A stretch of 57,527 bases of DNA, counting the filler, from Streblomastix strix (Eukaryota): the NCBI GenBank assembly GCA_008636045.1. It is 3 parts of 3 records of this genome, joined end to end, with 100 filler letters (N's around TTAATTAATTAA, not from the genome) between each part and the next. Parts side by side here need not be neighbours in the genome. Positions count along the whole stretch, not along the records: positions 38,427 to 57,527 come from SNRW01000546.1; 2 more parts are not named here. The stretch is one strand, 5' to 3'. Shown piece by piece: positions 45,601 to 57,527 of the stretch; within the stretch, counting starts at the first letter, position 1; each line of letters begins with the position of its first letter. Made by a program: the position numbers and the translations under genes. The notes beneath the pieces were generated by a model. The model was not told the origin of the DNA and did no database searches. It was given only the letters and a program-made list of their open reading frames with translations.

Positions 45601-48600
45601 AACAAACATATTCATCTCCATTTCAATCATCTCCATCATCAATAAAATCATAATCATTAAAATCGTCTAAATCCAGTTCTTCTTCATCATCATTCCAACA
45701 TTCAGGTGAAATTGAGTAGAAATCGAATAGTTCAGTTTAGAGCTAGAAGTCGAATTAAATATCGAATGGTTCTATAAATTCGTCTACGTAATAACAATAA
45801 GCTAAATTGAAATAATCGACTTCTTCTTAATCATCATAAATTATTTACTCATAATAATAATTATAAAATTAATAACAATCCAAAGATAGTAATATAAAAT
45901 TGGATAAGAAAGGTTCAAATAATTTAGATGAAGAATATTCTGATAGCTTTGATGAAGATGATATCATTAAAAAAGAAAATAAAGAAGATAAAGATCGGAA
46001 TAGAAAGAAAATGCCGATTATTCAAAAATCATCATCATAATCAAATATCGCATTATCACAAAATATATAATAAAATTCTTCATTAGTTAAATTAGATGGA
46101 GTATAATCTATAATCATAACTGATGACAAGTCAGAAAATAATATGAAAATCAATAGTAATAATAAAATAATCGATAAATAAATAAAACCATATGAAGTTC
46201 TGCATCCAATTAGCACACCACCGTAATAAATATATAATAAACAGTTGCATAATAAACAATAACTGGAAATATTTAACATATAAGTGCCTTCAACAGCATC
46301 TAGTGCTTCTTCTGCAAGTAGCTCAGGATCATTAAATTAAAATTTAAGTTAAAATTAAAATCAAAGTCAAAATTTACTTTTAAACCAAAATCAGATCAAA
46401 AACAAAGAAAATAAACAAGTTCCAGAACCGCAAACTCCAACACATCACATTTTGCCTGTTTTGCCTCCAAGTCCTTCTCCTTCACATTCATCACATTCAA
46501 ATAGTAATTAATTTCCTATTTAAATTTCTAATTAAATTTCCAGTTAAATTTCTAATTAAATTATTTCTTCTTCCAATTCTCCAATTCCACCAATTAATTA
46601 GAATTATAATTTTAATTCAAACCAATAATCTCCAATTATTAATAAACCACTGTATTCTAATTCATCTTCTTCTTCATCATCATCATCATCTTAATTATAA
46701 TAATAGAAACAATTACCATAAATTACTACATCTGAACAGCCAAATGTTTCTTCTTCATCTTCGTAATAATAATAACGAGCTGGTTCATTACCGCAACTAA
46801 AAAAATTGCCAGATTAACAATAATAACAAAATTAATAATAAAAAAAGCTACAATAAGATTAATCTCAAATATCATAAATATAAAACCAGTAATCATCCAT
46901 TTCATAACAACAACAATAATCACAACTTTCTTCATTAAGCAAACTTCATTCTGATATTTTCTCATTATGCAAACAACTACATATTGACTTGGAAGAGAAT
47001 AAAATTCCATCTACACAACTGGAATTAATGCGGTTGAAGAAATAACTTGAAAAAGCTGTAGTTCGAAGAGAAAATATTATTAAAGGAAAAGCAGATGCGA
47101 AAATGAATGAAAATAATAAATATCAAAAAAATGGAAATATGAATGAATAAGAAAATGGGAAAGAAAATATTCTTAATAATAATAAACCAAATGAGAGTTT
47201 TATATCAAAAACAAAACTTTTTGTTTAAGGTGATACTGAAAGAATAAATCGCTTCAACCAACTTGAAGAGATTAAGAACTTATTAAATTAACAAAAAGAT
47301 ATGAAAGATGAAGATGAAGAAGATGATAATATTAATTTTAATAACAACAAAAATTAAAACAAAAAATCAAACATTGGAAATTAGAACTACAAATTCTACT
47401 CTTCTCCAGATTTAATTAAATAACAGCAATATGTAAAAGATATGAGTAAAGTTATGGAGAATGAATAGTAGTAGTAATAATAATAATAACAAAAGAAAAG
47501 CAAACTTGGATAATAATAATCTAATTAATAGAACAATTAATAGCGCGTTTCTACTCCAAGATCTAAATCCAATATCAATTCGAATAAAAATCAGAAAGAT
47601 TTAATAAAACAACAATCTTCGCAATCAAATTTATTAAATGGATAATAATAATAATAATAAAATTAGCATTCACCAAAACTATAACTTTCACCATCAAAAG
47701 AATCTCTTGATTTTGAAAAGAAAGTAGATTTACTTTTGCAACAAGGAGATCAAAGAGTAAAAGAAATGATTGCTAAAAGAAAAGTGCATGGCGAAGATTA
47801 GAAAGTAATAAAAAGTTAAGAAGAAGAAGAAAAATAAGAAAACTTCAAAAATAACAATGATGAAGATGATGATGATGATTAAATTAAATACAGTGTGAAT
47901 AATGAGAAAAATAATAGCAATAATAAAGTTAATGGAAATAATAATATAGATAATAATAAATAATTCGTTAAACCACCTTCTGGGAAAAGAAGAATGTCTT
48001 TCAGTGGAAAGATCAGAAGTATGTGCAATTTGCCAGATGAAGAAAATAAACAACAATAAAAAGAATTTAAGTAAGAAAATCAATAAAATTCACGAAATGA
48101 CATTTAAAATTACAATTAAATGAAACAAAAACCACCAAAAACATCTTCATCTTAACAATAATAAAGGTCATAATCAAGAGATAGGAATAATAATAAATAA
48201 AAAGAAGATAGAGTTGAATCAGAGGAATAACTTTCTCGACCATAAAGTGGAACATTGAAAAGTTCTAAGTAACATAAATAACCAAAAATAATAGAAAATT
48301 AATAATAATAACCAAATTCACTTCAAAATTAACAATAACAACAATAATAATCACCTTCTTCTTCACCCAAACTTCCATCATACGCACTTCCAACCAAATC
48401 ATCAGTTTCTAAGTTTAAAAGATCATAATCATAATCAAATGTATAATAGTAATAATAGTAATAATAAATATTAAATCGGCCAGATTCATAATAATCAGAT
48501 AATTAAATAGATTCAAATTAATAATCAAATTAAATTCCACCAATAGCATTAACACCATCATAACTTCCACCTGCTTCATATCCTTCATCTTAATAACAAT

Positions 48601-50107
48601 TATAATCCAATTAATAATAAATTCAATAATAACTATAATTAAATCTTCCATCAGATAATAATCCTTCTTCTGTCAACCCTACTCCAATTCCTTCATTTCC
48701 ATCATTTCCAGCTTCTTTTCCAATTCGTTCAATATCTAATTCACCACATAGACAAATAAATTAATAAAATAGTAATTAAAATATCAATAATAATATATAG
48801 AATATTAATCCTAATTAGATCTAAGCTCAAAATCAACCTCATTAATAACCACTTCATAATCAAATCAAACAACAACAACAATAATAATAATAACAACAAC
48901 AACCAATACCCACTTCATACATTTCATTCCCTCCTTTCACTTCATTATAATAATCTTCTTCCTTTAATTCACTTACTACAAATCCATCTGACAAACATTT
49001 ATTATCTCTTATTGAAAATGTTTCATCATCATCTTCTTCTTAATAATAATCATTTCAAGCTTAACCATTTCCTTCTTCTTCTTCATCATCTCAAATATCA
49101 AATGATTCACCATTCTTTTTATATCCTTCATAACAGTAACAATATTAATAGTAGTAATAATAATAGAATTAGTTGCCTAATCTTGATCCTGAATAATATT
49201 AACTTGAAAAAGAGACTTAAATGCTTAATCGAATTAAATAATCGCATAAAAGTCTTGTAAATAGTTTGAATCAAAGACAAAGCAATTTATAAATATTGAG
49301 ATAAATACATTAATAAGCTGGAATTCCTGGATTGTCACTTGCACTTGGAGATGGTGGAATATATGATTCAAATATGAATAGAGAGAAGAAAGATAATATC
49401 AATGATAATTAAATAGATTTATAAAACAGATAAAAATAACAATAATAGCAATAAATATACCAGATTAAAACATGCAGCGATGATTCATCAGTAATCGATG
49501 TGATTAATTTGCTTCTCTCAAAGAAGAACCGCGGTTTTTCATTCCGAAAATAAAATTAAATTAATTAAAATTCAGATCCAGAAAATCGTACAATTGGTGC
49601 TTTTGATTTCGACTCAGTGTGTAATTTGCTTCCTCGACTCACTAGATTGATTTTCAGTCCAATTGAACAACACTGTGAATTAGCCATACGGACATCTGTA
49701 TTAATTGTGAAAGAGTTTGGATAAGCGATTAAAATAGGAGCGAAAATGAATATATTGGATAATTAAATGGATGATATTAATGATAAAGATTAATCAAATG
49801 AGAATGATGGTAAAGATGCGTCTAATGACAAGAAGCTATGTAAAGAAGAAATTGACAATAGAAAGAAAAGGTATTTATTTATTTTTAATTTATATTTATA
49901 ATTTATCTAAATTTAAATTCTATTCTATTTATTTACAAATATAAATAATTTAGAATGCAGCAATGTATTGCAGCATATGCTTAACTTAATGAAATTTTTG
50001 CATCTGCTGAATCACTTGAAGCTGTTTATAGCCGCGAACGAGTGAAAACAAAAGTTGCAACTGAAACATCTGAGCTTGTTTAAATTATTCACCGTTTAAT
50101 AAACTGA
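42661..50107 (+). CDS. KATNB1: Katanin p80 WD40-containing regulatory subunit B1; multi-exon
   Basis: N-terminal WD40s (AHPGGVNAV...ATGGQDNKTCIWSI; LLGHSSPVTCVAFD; FSPDGKYLFTGGEDG; LHPLDLIMATGSSDRTSKVYDL); C-terminal con80-like domain (SHKSLVNSLNQRQSNLQIL...DDSSVIDVINLL...LLPRLTRLIFS...IVKEFG); TGA 50105-50107. Confidence 0.88.
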
Positions 50108-50466
50108 ATAATTTTTTTTTCAATTTGAATTATTTATTATTTTTTATTTTAATGGGTTAAAATGGTATTGCCCATTAAATTATATAGGAAATAAAAAACA
50201 TATTAATTAATTCAATTTTTTTTATTTTATTATTTGTTTGTGATTTTATCACATCTCCACAGTCTCAAACAAAAATATAATAATAAGTTAATTAAAAAAT
50301 ACATATCAAATACTTTTTTATTTAAACATTATATACAGTCAACTGTTTTTGAGAAATAAAAATTTTTCGCTAAAATACGTTTATTAACGGAGCAATAATA
50401 TACATCTTCATTTAAACTATTTAAATTATTTTCATTATTTATTTATTTATTATATTTTCAGAGTTC

Positions 50467-50988
50467 ATGCTAATTATTGTCCTTCTTGTTGAGCTTTGCT
50501 ACTCGAACAAAACTCCAACTGCAATTGAACCAACGACAATGGTTTCAATACTGAATACAAAAGTAAATGATACATTTGATATATCTTTACAATCATAATT
50601 GACCACTGGCTATATGTGGGTTTTTAAAACAATCTTGGATAATGAAGAAAGTTTGTTTTGAATTTATTATTATTTATTGTTAATAAATTTTCAAAATTCT
50701 GAATATTATATTATAGGCATTGTCAAGATAATTAACGAAAGCTTTTAATAGGATAATCCGCAGGTTGGGAATTATCCAGTAGATGTGGTATGAAACGGTT
50801 TTTTATTTTTAACTTTATGTTTCATGTAAATTTAATATCTTTAGATTGGTGGAACCGAAACATACACGGTTACATTCATTGCCAGAAAGAAAGGAACGAT
50901 AGACCTCAAATACATTTATCGCCGAGTATGGCTTAAAGAAGGTGAAGGATATGAAGAAATTCGTATATTTCATGTGAATGTTGATTGA
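50467..50988 (+). CDS. Chagasin-family (I42) cysteine peptidase inhibitor, secreted; two introns
   Basis: Signal peptide; FDISLQSQLTTGYMW (NPTTGY loop), IGG, FIARKKGTIDLKYIYRRVW (RPW loop), terminal FHVNVD. Confidence 0.8.
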
Positions 50989-51290
50989 GTGAAATTAGAC
51001 TAACACTTTTTTTTTGCCTTTTTATGAAAACAATAAAGATAAATAATGATAATGAATTGTTGATTGTATTTTTTTGGAAAACTCTTACCCTCTTTAAAAA
51101 TGAAGTGTCTATCAGAAACTCTTTGTTGGTACTTTTTCAAACTGTAACAAAAGGCTAATCATGCATCCTTTGAAATTGATATGAAAAAATAAAACTTGCG
51201 ATTCTTGCTCTTTTTGTGCATATTTTGGAGAATCAAACTCTAAGGTAAAGATATGAAAGAATGGAGAAATTGATGCATATTTATTTTTTT

Positions 51291-54200
51291 TCACTACCTT
51301 GTAAGGCACTCTGCAACTTCTGGAATCTCAAGGATATCTGCAGATGTAATACGACGAGATGGATCCTGGAAAACAAATAAGTTGATAACAAGAATTAATT
51401 TAAATATAATTATTTATTAATCTAATTATATTGAATACTTTAGACAGCATGTTCTTGATCAGTTTCCTCAAGTTCTCGGAGTAGTGACTAGGAAGTTCAG
51501 CAGGTTGTTCTTCGGTAATTCGGCGGATAAGTTCAAGTAGAGAGAGGTTGTTATCCTAAAATATATCATTTTAAATTAATGACAATATGAATTTATTAGA
51601 TCAATATAATCAATATAATAAAAATAAACGAATAAAAACAGATTTTCATACTTTGGCATCAAAGAATGGGTGACGCTGTGCCAACAATTCGAACATCATG
51701 ACTCCAATGGCCCAAATATCTGCTGCTGGTGTTTGCATCAATTTCTTTGCACCTTACCCTTAACTGGGTTCTACTTTGTTTTGGAGGAGCTCGGGCCCAA
51801 GGTATAAGCTGAAATAAATATAAATTTTTAATAATAAACATTAAAATTAATTAATGATTATTTAATATTTGTTATAAATAATACTTAAATTTTATTCAGA
51901 TATATATTTTTCCATTTATTATATATAGATTCATACGTTGTGCCTCCCATGGCTGTGAGATAATCTCTTCCTTCTTCGATCTTACGAGCCAACCCGAAAT
52001 CGGCTGACAAACAAATTGATAATAGAAATTAAATAAAGAAACATAAAACAAAATTAACATACAGAGTTTTACCCTGTAATCTTTCATGACCAGAACATTC
52101 TCAGGCTTTAAGTCCCCATGAATAATATTGTTTATGTGAAGTTGGTGAACAGCAGAGGTAATCTGTGCAATGAGCTCAAAAGCTTTCTATAATAATAAGA
52201 TTATTATTATTATTATATTATATAATTTGCAATAATAGTTTATTAAAGAAAATTCAATATAAATAAAATAATAATAATAATATTTATATGATTTATTTTA
52301 TTATAAATATTTTTTAGCAAACTCTATCGGTAATAGCAGCTCCCATGCTCCTCATATTGTTAATATATTTCCTCAGATCACCTTTCTCGCAGAACTCAAG
52401 CACAAGATAAGCTTTTGTAGAATCTTCGCTCAAAAAGAACCCAAGAGGTTGAACCACATGAATGAATGATCCAGGAGGACTTGATTTTTTAATAGACTCG
52501 TAGATGTTCAACATTATGTCTCTTTCCTTGAGTATCATCTATTATGCTTGTTCATTATCATAATCAACTACTTTTATGGCAACAACTCTTTGTGTGCTTC
52601 TTTCCATCATGCACCAAACTGTTCCAAATCCTCCTCTACCAAGTTTCTTGACCTTCTCGACTAAATAATAAGATATAAAAAAGAAAAATAATATTAACAA
52701 ATGATTAAAATAATAATAATAGTTAAAAATTAAAAGGAAATGTAAACAATTTATACAATAATTTATATATTATCCAATAATAATATATATTCTCCATACA
52801 ATCAGTTTTATCCCAGGTTGTGTTGAATGGCGCATTTTCATTTTCCATTTGAACATGATCTTTTTTTTTATCTTTCTATTTCTTGCGTCTACAGATGCAG
52901 CAGATGATGATAAGTACTACTATTATAATAAGGAGAACACCAACTGCAGCAATTAGAATTATCATCCACTTTGGGAATGAAAATCCTTTTGGAGAATCAA
53001 CACCATCTATTTCTTCTTATTTTTGTTCTTCATCTGTTTCTTCATCTGTTTTTTCATCAACTTCTAATTCAATGACATTAAGAGGAGGTGATGCACCTTC
53101 TTTTCCTTCAACACCAGTAAATATCGATCCATCATTCGAGATTAGGAAATTATAGTTATATTTATTGTAGTCAAACCACTTATAAATTTTCATTCCAAAT
53201 GTTGCTGTTTGTTCATCTTGAAGATTTCCTTCAACTTGGATTGGAGTCCCTGATCCATCTTCTGGAGGATATATTACATCATCTGCATTGTATTATTATA
53301 TTGATAATTCCTTATTGACTGATGTTTTTAATCCTGCTTATATAATCTTCACTCTCAAATTAACTCCTGCTATTATACCGCTGCCTTTAATTGTGAATTG
53401 AAGAGGTAAGTTGGTATTTGAAATATTCAAGGTAACTTCTACTCTGGTTAAAGTTGCTATTTTAACCCAGAAGTATTAGAGATGATATTATTATTCTTGT
53501 ATTTCTTCTTATGAAAGTCCTTAGAATGCATTTGATTCCATTATTACACCTTCAAGATCATTTAAATTTGCTAAAGTATCACTATAATTACCTTTCACAT
53601 ATTCTCCCAGTGACCCTTAACTGCACCATTCTGCTAATTTAGTCATTACAACATATAAGCTTTATCCACCTCTACCTGCAGTATTTCCAGTAATATTCAT
53701 CCATCTAAAGTCCAGAGCCTTTTATGAAGGTTCATAACTTCCTGTTCCAGTCAAGAAGATTCCTCCTCCATATCCAGTTGGAGAAGCTGGTGATATGTTA
53801 TTGACTGCTTGGCAGTTTTGGATTACAGAGTCCCTGATAATGAATGTGGTTGAAGAATCTGCACTAAACGTCATATCAGCATAAATTCCTCCTCCATTTC
53901 CTGAAGTTGCTTTGCATTACTTTAATGAACATGTATTTTAGAGGATAAGTTTGCCACCTCCTGTTATTCTCGAATACAATCCTCCTCCTCTTAAACCTTC
54001 GCATTATAAGAATTAAGTTCGAGACAATGTCATTTATGCATCTGTATTCTATATTTCTGCATTAATTGCTCCTCCCCAAGTATTTTGAGCTTTACATGAA
54101 GTAAATGTACAATTTGTAACATTAAATATATTCGATGCGTATGATAATACTGCCTTGATTATTCCACCTGCAATTGTATCTCCTAATTTTGTAATATTCT

Positions 54201-56845
54201 CAAATTAGCTGTTAATAATTCTAATTGATCCAGTTTCATTGAAATTAACTTTGATGATATTCTCTTCAGTAGAAATATCTTTTGCTTTCAAATTGGATAT
54301 TATATGAGAACCTCCTCTTATTACTGAAACAAGACTTCTGGCAATTTATGATCCTAAATTCTACAAGTGGAATTCACAGTCTTATAGATCAATTTCTGCA
54401 GTTGATTATAGACCATATATACCCAGATTAGTATATAGTAGGATGGTGCTCTCCATAGTAAAGTTTATTAATTGGAATCTTACTTTTCCACTTATATTGA
54501 ATTTTCCATCTGTATTAATTAGGATTCTACTTAATTGAATACTTGAAAGTGGATTGTTTCTGAATGTACGTCGAGTAGCTGTCTGCGATATTACTGCTGT
54601 ACTATTTATGGAGGTGTTGTCATATATATAAATCTAAGTTACTGTTTCACTGTTAATATTAGTCTATATCACAGATGCATCTAATGTCTTACAAGGATTT
54701 GTTGAGTTACACGAATTTGAATCATCGCTACCATCTGATTTGATAAAATATTCATTTCTTTCTTCATTCCAATAATCTTTAAGGTACTTCTATAGCAAAC
54801 TTATATTTGATGTTGAATATGAACTGAATGTTGATGAATTCACTGGTATTCCTTCTAAATCACTTACATCAGAATAAGTATCACTGTAATTCCCTTTCAC
54901 ATATTCTCCTTCTCCTCCATATTTGCACAAATCAGCAACTTTTGTCATTGCAGCAAATACGCTATATCCTCCATTATCAGCTCTGTTTCTGTATATATTC
55001 ATTCCACGAAGGTCAATCAGTTCAGATGATGGATCATAATCTCCATTACCTGCAAGAAACAAGCAACCGCCATATCCAGAAGGTGGTATATCTTAATTTT
55101 CATCAGATTTTGCTTGGCATTCTTGAATTAAGGTATTATTGATCTTGAATTAAAATTATGATGTAAAGTTATTGATATTGATAAATAATCCTCCTCCGTT
55201 TCCTGATGTAGCTTAGCAATCAGAAAACAAACATTAATCTTCAATTATTAACTTCCCTCCTGTACTTATAGTTGTATAAATACCTCCTCCACTTATTCCT
55301 CTACAATTATCAACAGTTACTCCACTTAATTCAACTGATCCTCCCGAGATTACAATATTAATAGCTCCACCACTTCCTGATGTTGCATTGCAATCTGAAA
55401 ATGAAGTTGAGCTATTGATGGTTAACTTCCCTCCTGTACTTATAGTTGAATAAATACCTCCTCCATTCACTGCAGAACAGTTATTAAATGTAACATTACT
55501 CAATTCTATAGATTTATTAGAAACATTATAAAAATATAATCCTCCTCCCGAATTCAAAGCACTGCAATTTAAGAATTATGAACTTGTTATATTAATTTCA
55601 CCAGAATTTTAAGTTGATATATATAATCCTCCACCATTACTACTTTAACAATATTTGAATGTTGCATTATTAATTTCAAGAGTTCCAAGATATTGAATAT
55701 ATATATACATTCCACCACCATCTGTAGCTTTGCATTAATCAAATTCTAATTCTCCAGTAAAATTTATTTAAGATCCTGAATCCCAACTAGATAAATATAA
55801 TCCTCCTCCATATCCTGAACTTGTACTTGTGCTTGAGCAATTGTAAAAAGTGTAATTACCTGTAATTGTCAGATTTTACACAGTTTATATTTAAAAATAG
55901 ACTCCTCCTCCTCCTAAACCAAAGCAACTGCATTCATTGAATGATAATTTATTCATCTAAAACTATCCAATGTAACTTAAAGATATAGCTAATCCACCTC
56001 CTTAGTAACCTTTACATCCCTCAAATAAGAGTTCTCCAGTGATATTGATATTATAGTTTGGGTTTAATGCGTTTATGTAACACCCTCCTCCAGAGCTGCT
56101 TGAGCCTGAACAAGAACAGTTCTTAAATGTGCATACTCCAGATATTGTAAGATACCCATTTTCATATATCAATGCAAATAATCCACTTCCACCGCCACCT
56201 CCTGCTCCAATTGAATTGCAGTCAGTGAATTTACTTTAGTTAATTAGCAATGCTCCATTTGATTAAGCACTACCATACATTCCTCCTCCATCATTAGATC
56301 TACAATTAATAAACTAAACTTAATCAAGAGTTGCTTATCCATAGTTGTTGCAAGTTATATACAAGGCTCCTCCATTGGTTGAAGAATTACATCCAATAAA
56401 ATTGCACCCTGAGATATTAAGTTTACATGAAGTACCAAGAAAAGCATTAATTATACCACCCTAAGAGTTTGATACTCTAGCTTCCATTGTGAAATTAATC
56501 AATTCAAAGTGAGCATTTCCACCAATATTGAATTACCCACCTTTATTAATTTGGATCTAACTATTAGTTGTGCGATCCATAGGATTGTTTGTGAATGTTC
56601 TCGGAGATGATGTATATGTAATTGAGAAATTAGAAGACAAAGTTGTTTAATCCAAGATATAGACTATATATGTACTTGCAGTGTTTATGCTATTTTTTAT
56701 AGATTGTGCATCTAATGTTAAGCATTAACCTTATTATGAGCATTAATTTGAATCAGTTCCAGAAGTTTCAACGTAAAATTCTTCCCCAGAAGTATTAAAG
56801 AATCCAAAGGAAATGAAGAACGTAAGGAATAATAACAGATAACAT
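51291..56845 (-). CDS. Single-pass receptor-like Ser/Thr kinase with a Gly/Cys-rich beta-helix (pectin-lyase/Pmp-like) ectodomain
   Basis: Many F..C...GGG(I/L)Y repeats; TM WMIILIAAVGVLLIIIVVLIIICCIC-RRKK; kinase LGRGGFGTVW, VAIK, HGDLKPEN, DFGLAR, GPE, DIWAIG; ends CLTRQ-TGA 51291-51293. The ATG at 56845 is one base out of frame with the signal-peptide-like stretch. Confidence 0.85.
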
Positions 56846-56976
56846 TGATTTTTCTTATTATTTATATGTTTGAGTTTATATGATAATTACAAGTTGATGG
56901 AGAGAATTTAAGTTGCTAATATAGGCAGAAAATAAATAAGGATTAGAATTATTATAATTCTATTGAATGATCTTAC

Positions 56977-57527
56977 TTGTTGTTGTAACTAGGAGAATAT
57001 GGTACTTATTAATTTGATGTATCTGTTAATAATGTTTGTTCTGGAAATAGGTGAACGATCTAATAATCTAATTTAATCTTTTCTTACTTCATCAATTATT
57101 AGTCCTTCCACTTTATAATCACCTTTATCATCTCTCATTGAACAAAGCATAATCCTGTCAATCATTAAAGTCAAGAGATCAGCGAAATACGTTGGATTAT
57201 TTGAGCTATTACATCCAAATTAGTCATTATACTGCGGTACAGTTAATCTCATTATACTCTCAAGATCAATTTTTTATTCAGATTTGAGTTCATTGAATAT
57301 ATGTTATTCTTCAATTACGAATGAATTAGCACCAAGATCTGATTGTGCGAACACTCTTGTACATTATTCGAGATAAGATCCAACAAATGTGAAGTGGATT
57401 GGACGATCGGTGGGATTCGCGCCTATGTATGAAACATCTGGAAGAGTGCATTTGATCAATTGATTCCTGAATATATATTCTGTTCCTTCCAACTTATTCT
57501 TACTGACAGACAATATATTCTCAGTGT
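56977..57527 (-). CDS. Partial hypothetical coding region running off the window end
   Basis: Open frame TENILSVSKNKLEG...HFTFVGSYLEQC...LTLMIDRIMLCSMRDDKGDYKVEGLIIDEVRKD...; 3' end or splicing unresolved. Confidence 0.45.

Noticed and set aside
57080..57180. KVEGLIIDEVRKD as a family-B DNA polymerase KG...VRRD motif
   Set aside because: Weak resemblance; no YGDTDS or other PolB motif in the visible frame.

Overview
AT-rich, intron-containing nuclear DNA of a protist that reads TAA and TAG as Gln and stops only at TGA (translation table 6), so the standard-code ORF track is fragmented. Code, intron style and gene families suggest an oxymonad such as Streblomastix (inference). Host genes: an LRR protein, a degenerate kinase, a very large Q/N-rich protein, an acylated protein with a bacterial-looking beta-sandwich domain, an ATG27/M6P-receptor-like protein, FIP1, katanin p80, a chagasin-like inhibitor and a beta-helix receptor kinase. 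The main feature is a ~14 kb intron-free, gene-dense island (~9.5-23.5 kb) of endogenous Polinton-like-virus (PLV) DNA written in the host's reassigned code. Element A carries a fibre-repeat gene, a 539-aa protein with a dockerin/EF-hand-like loop, an amphipathic-helix protein, putative major and minor capsid genes, KilA-N and an A32-type packaging ATPase. Across a 100-nt artificial gap linker, element B carries a different packaging ATPase and a related fibre gene. Both are decaying (in-frame TGAs, frameshifts). No polymerase or integrase is visible. Three MITE-like inverted-repeat elements are also present. All translations were done by hand and no database searches were run.
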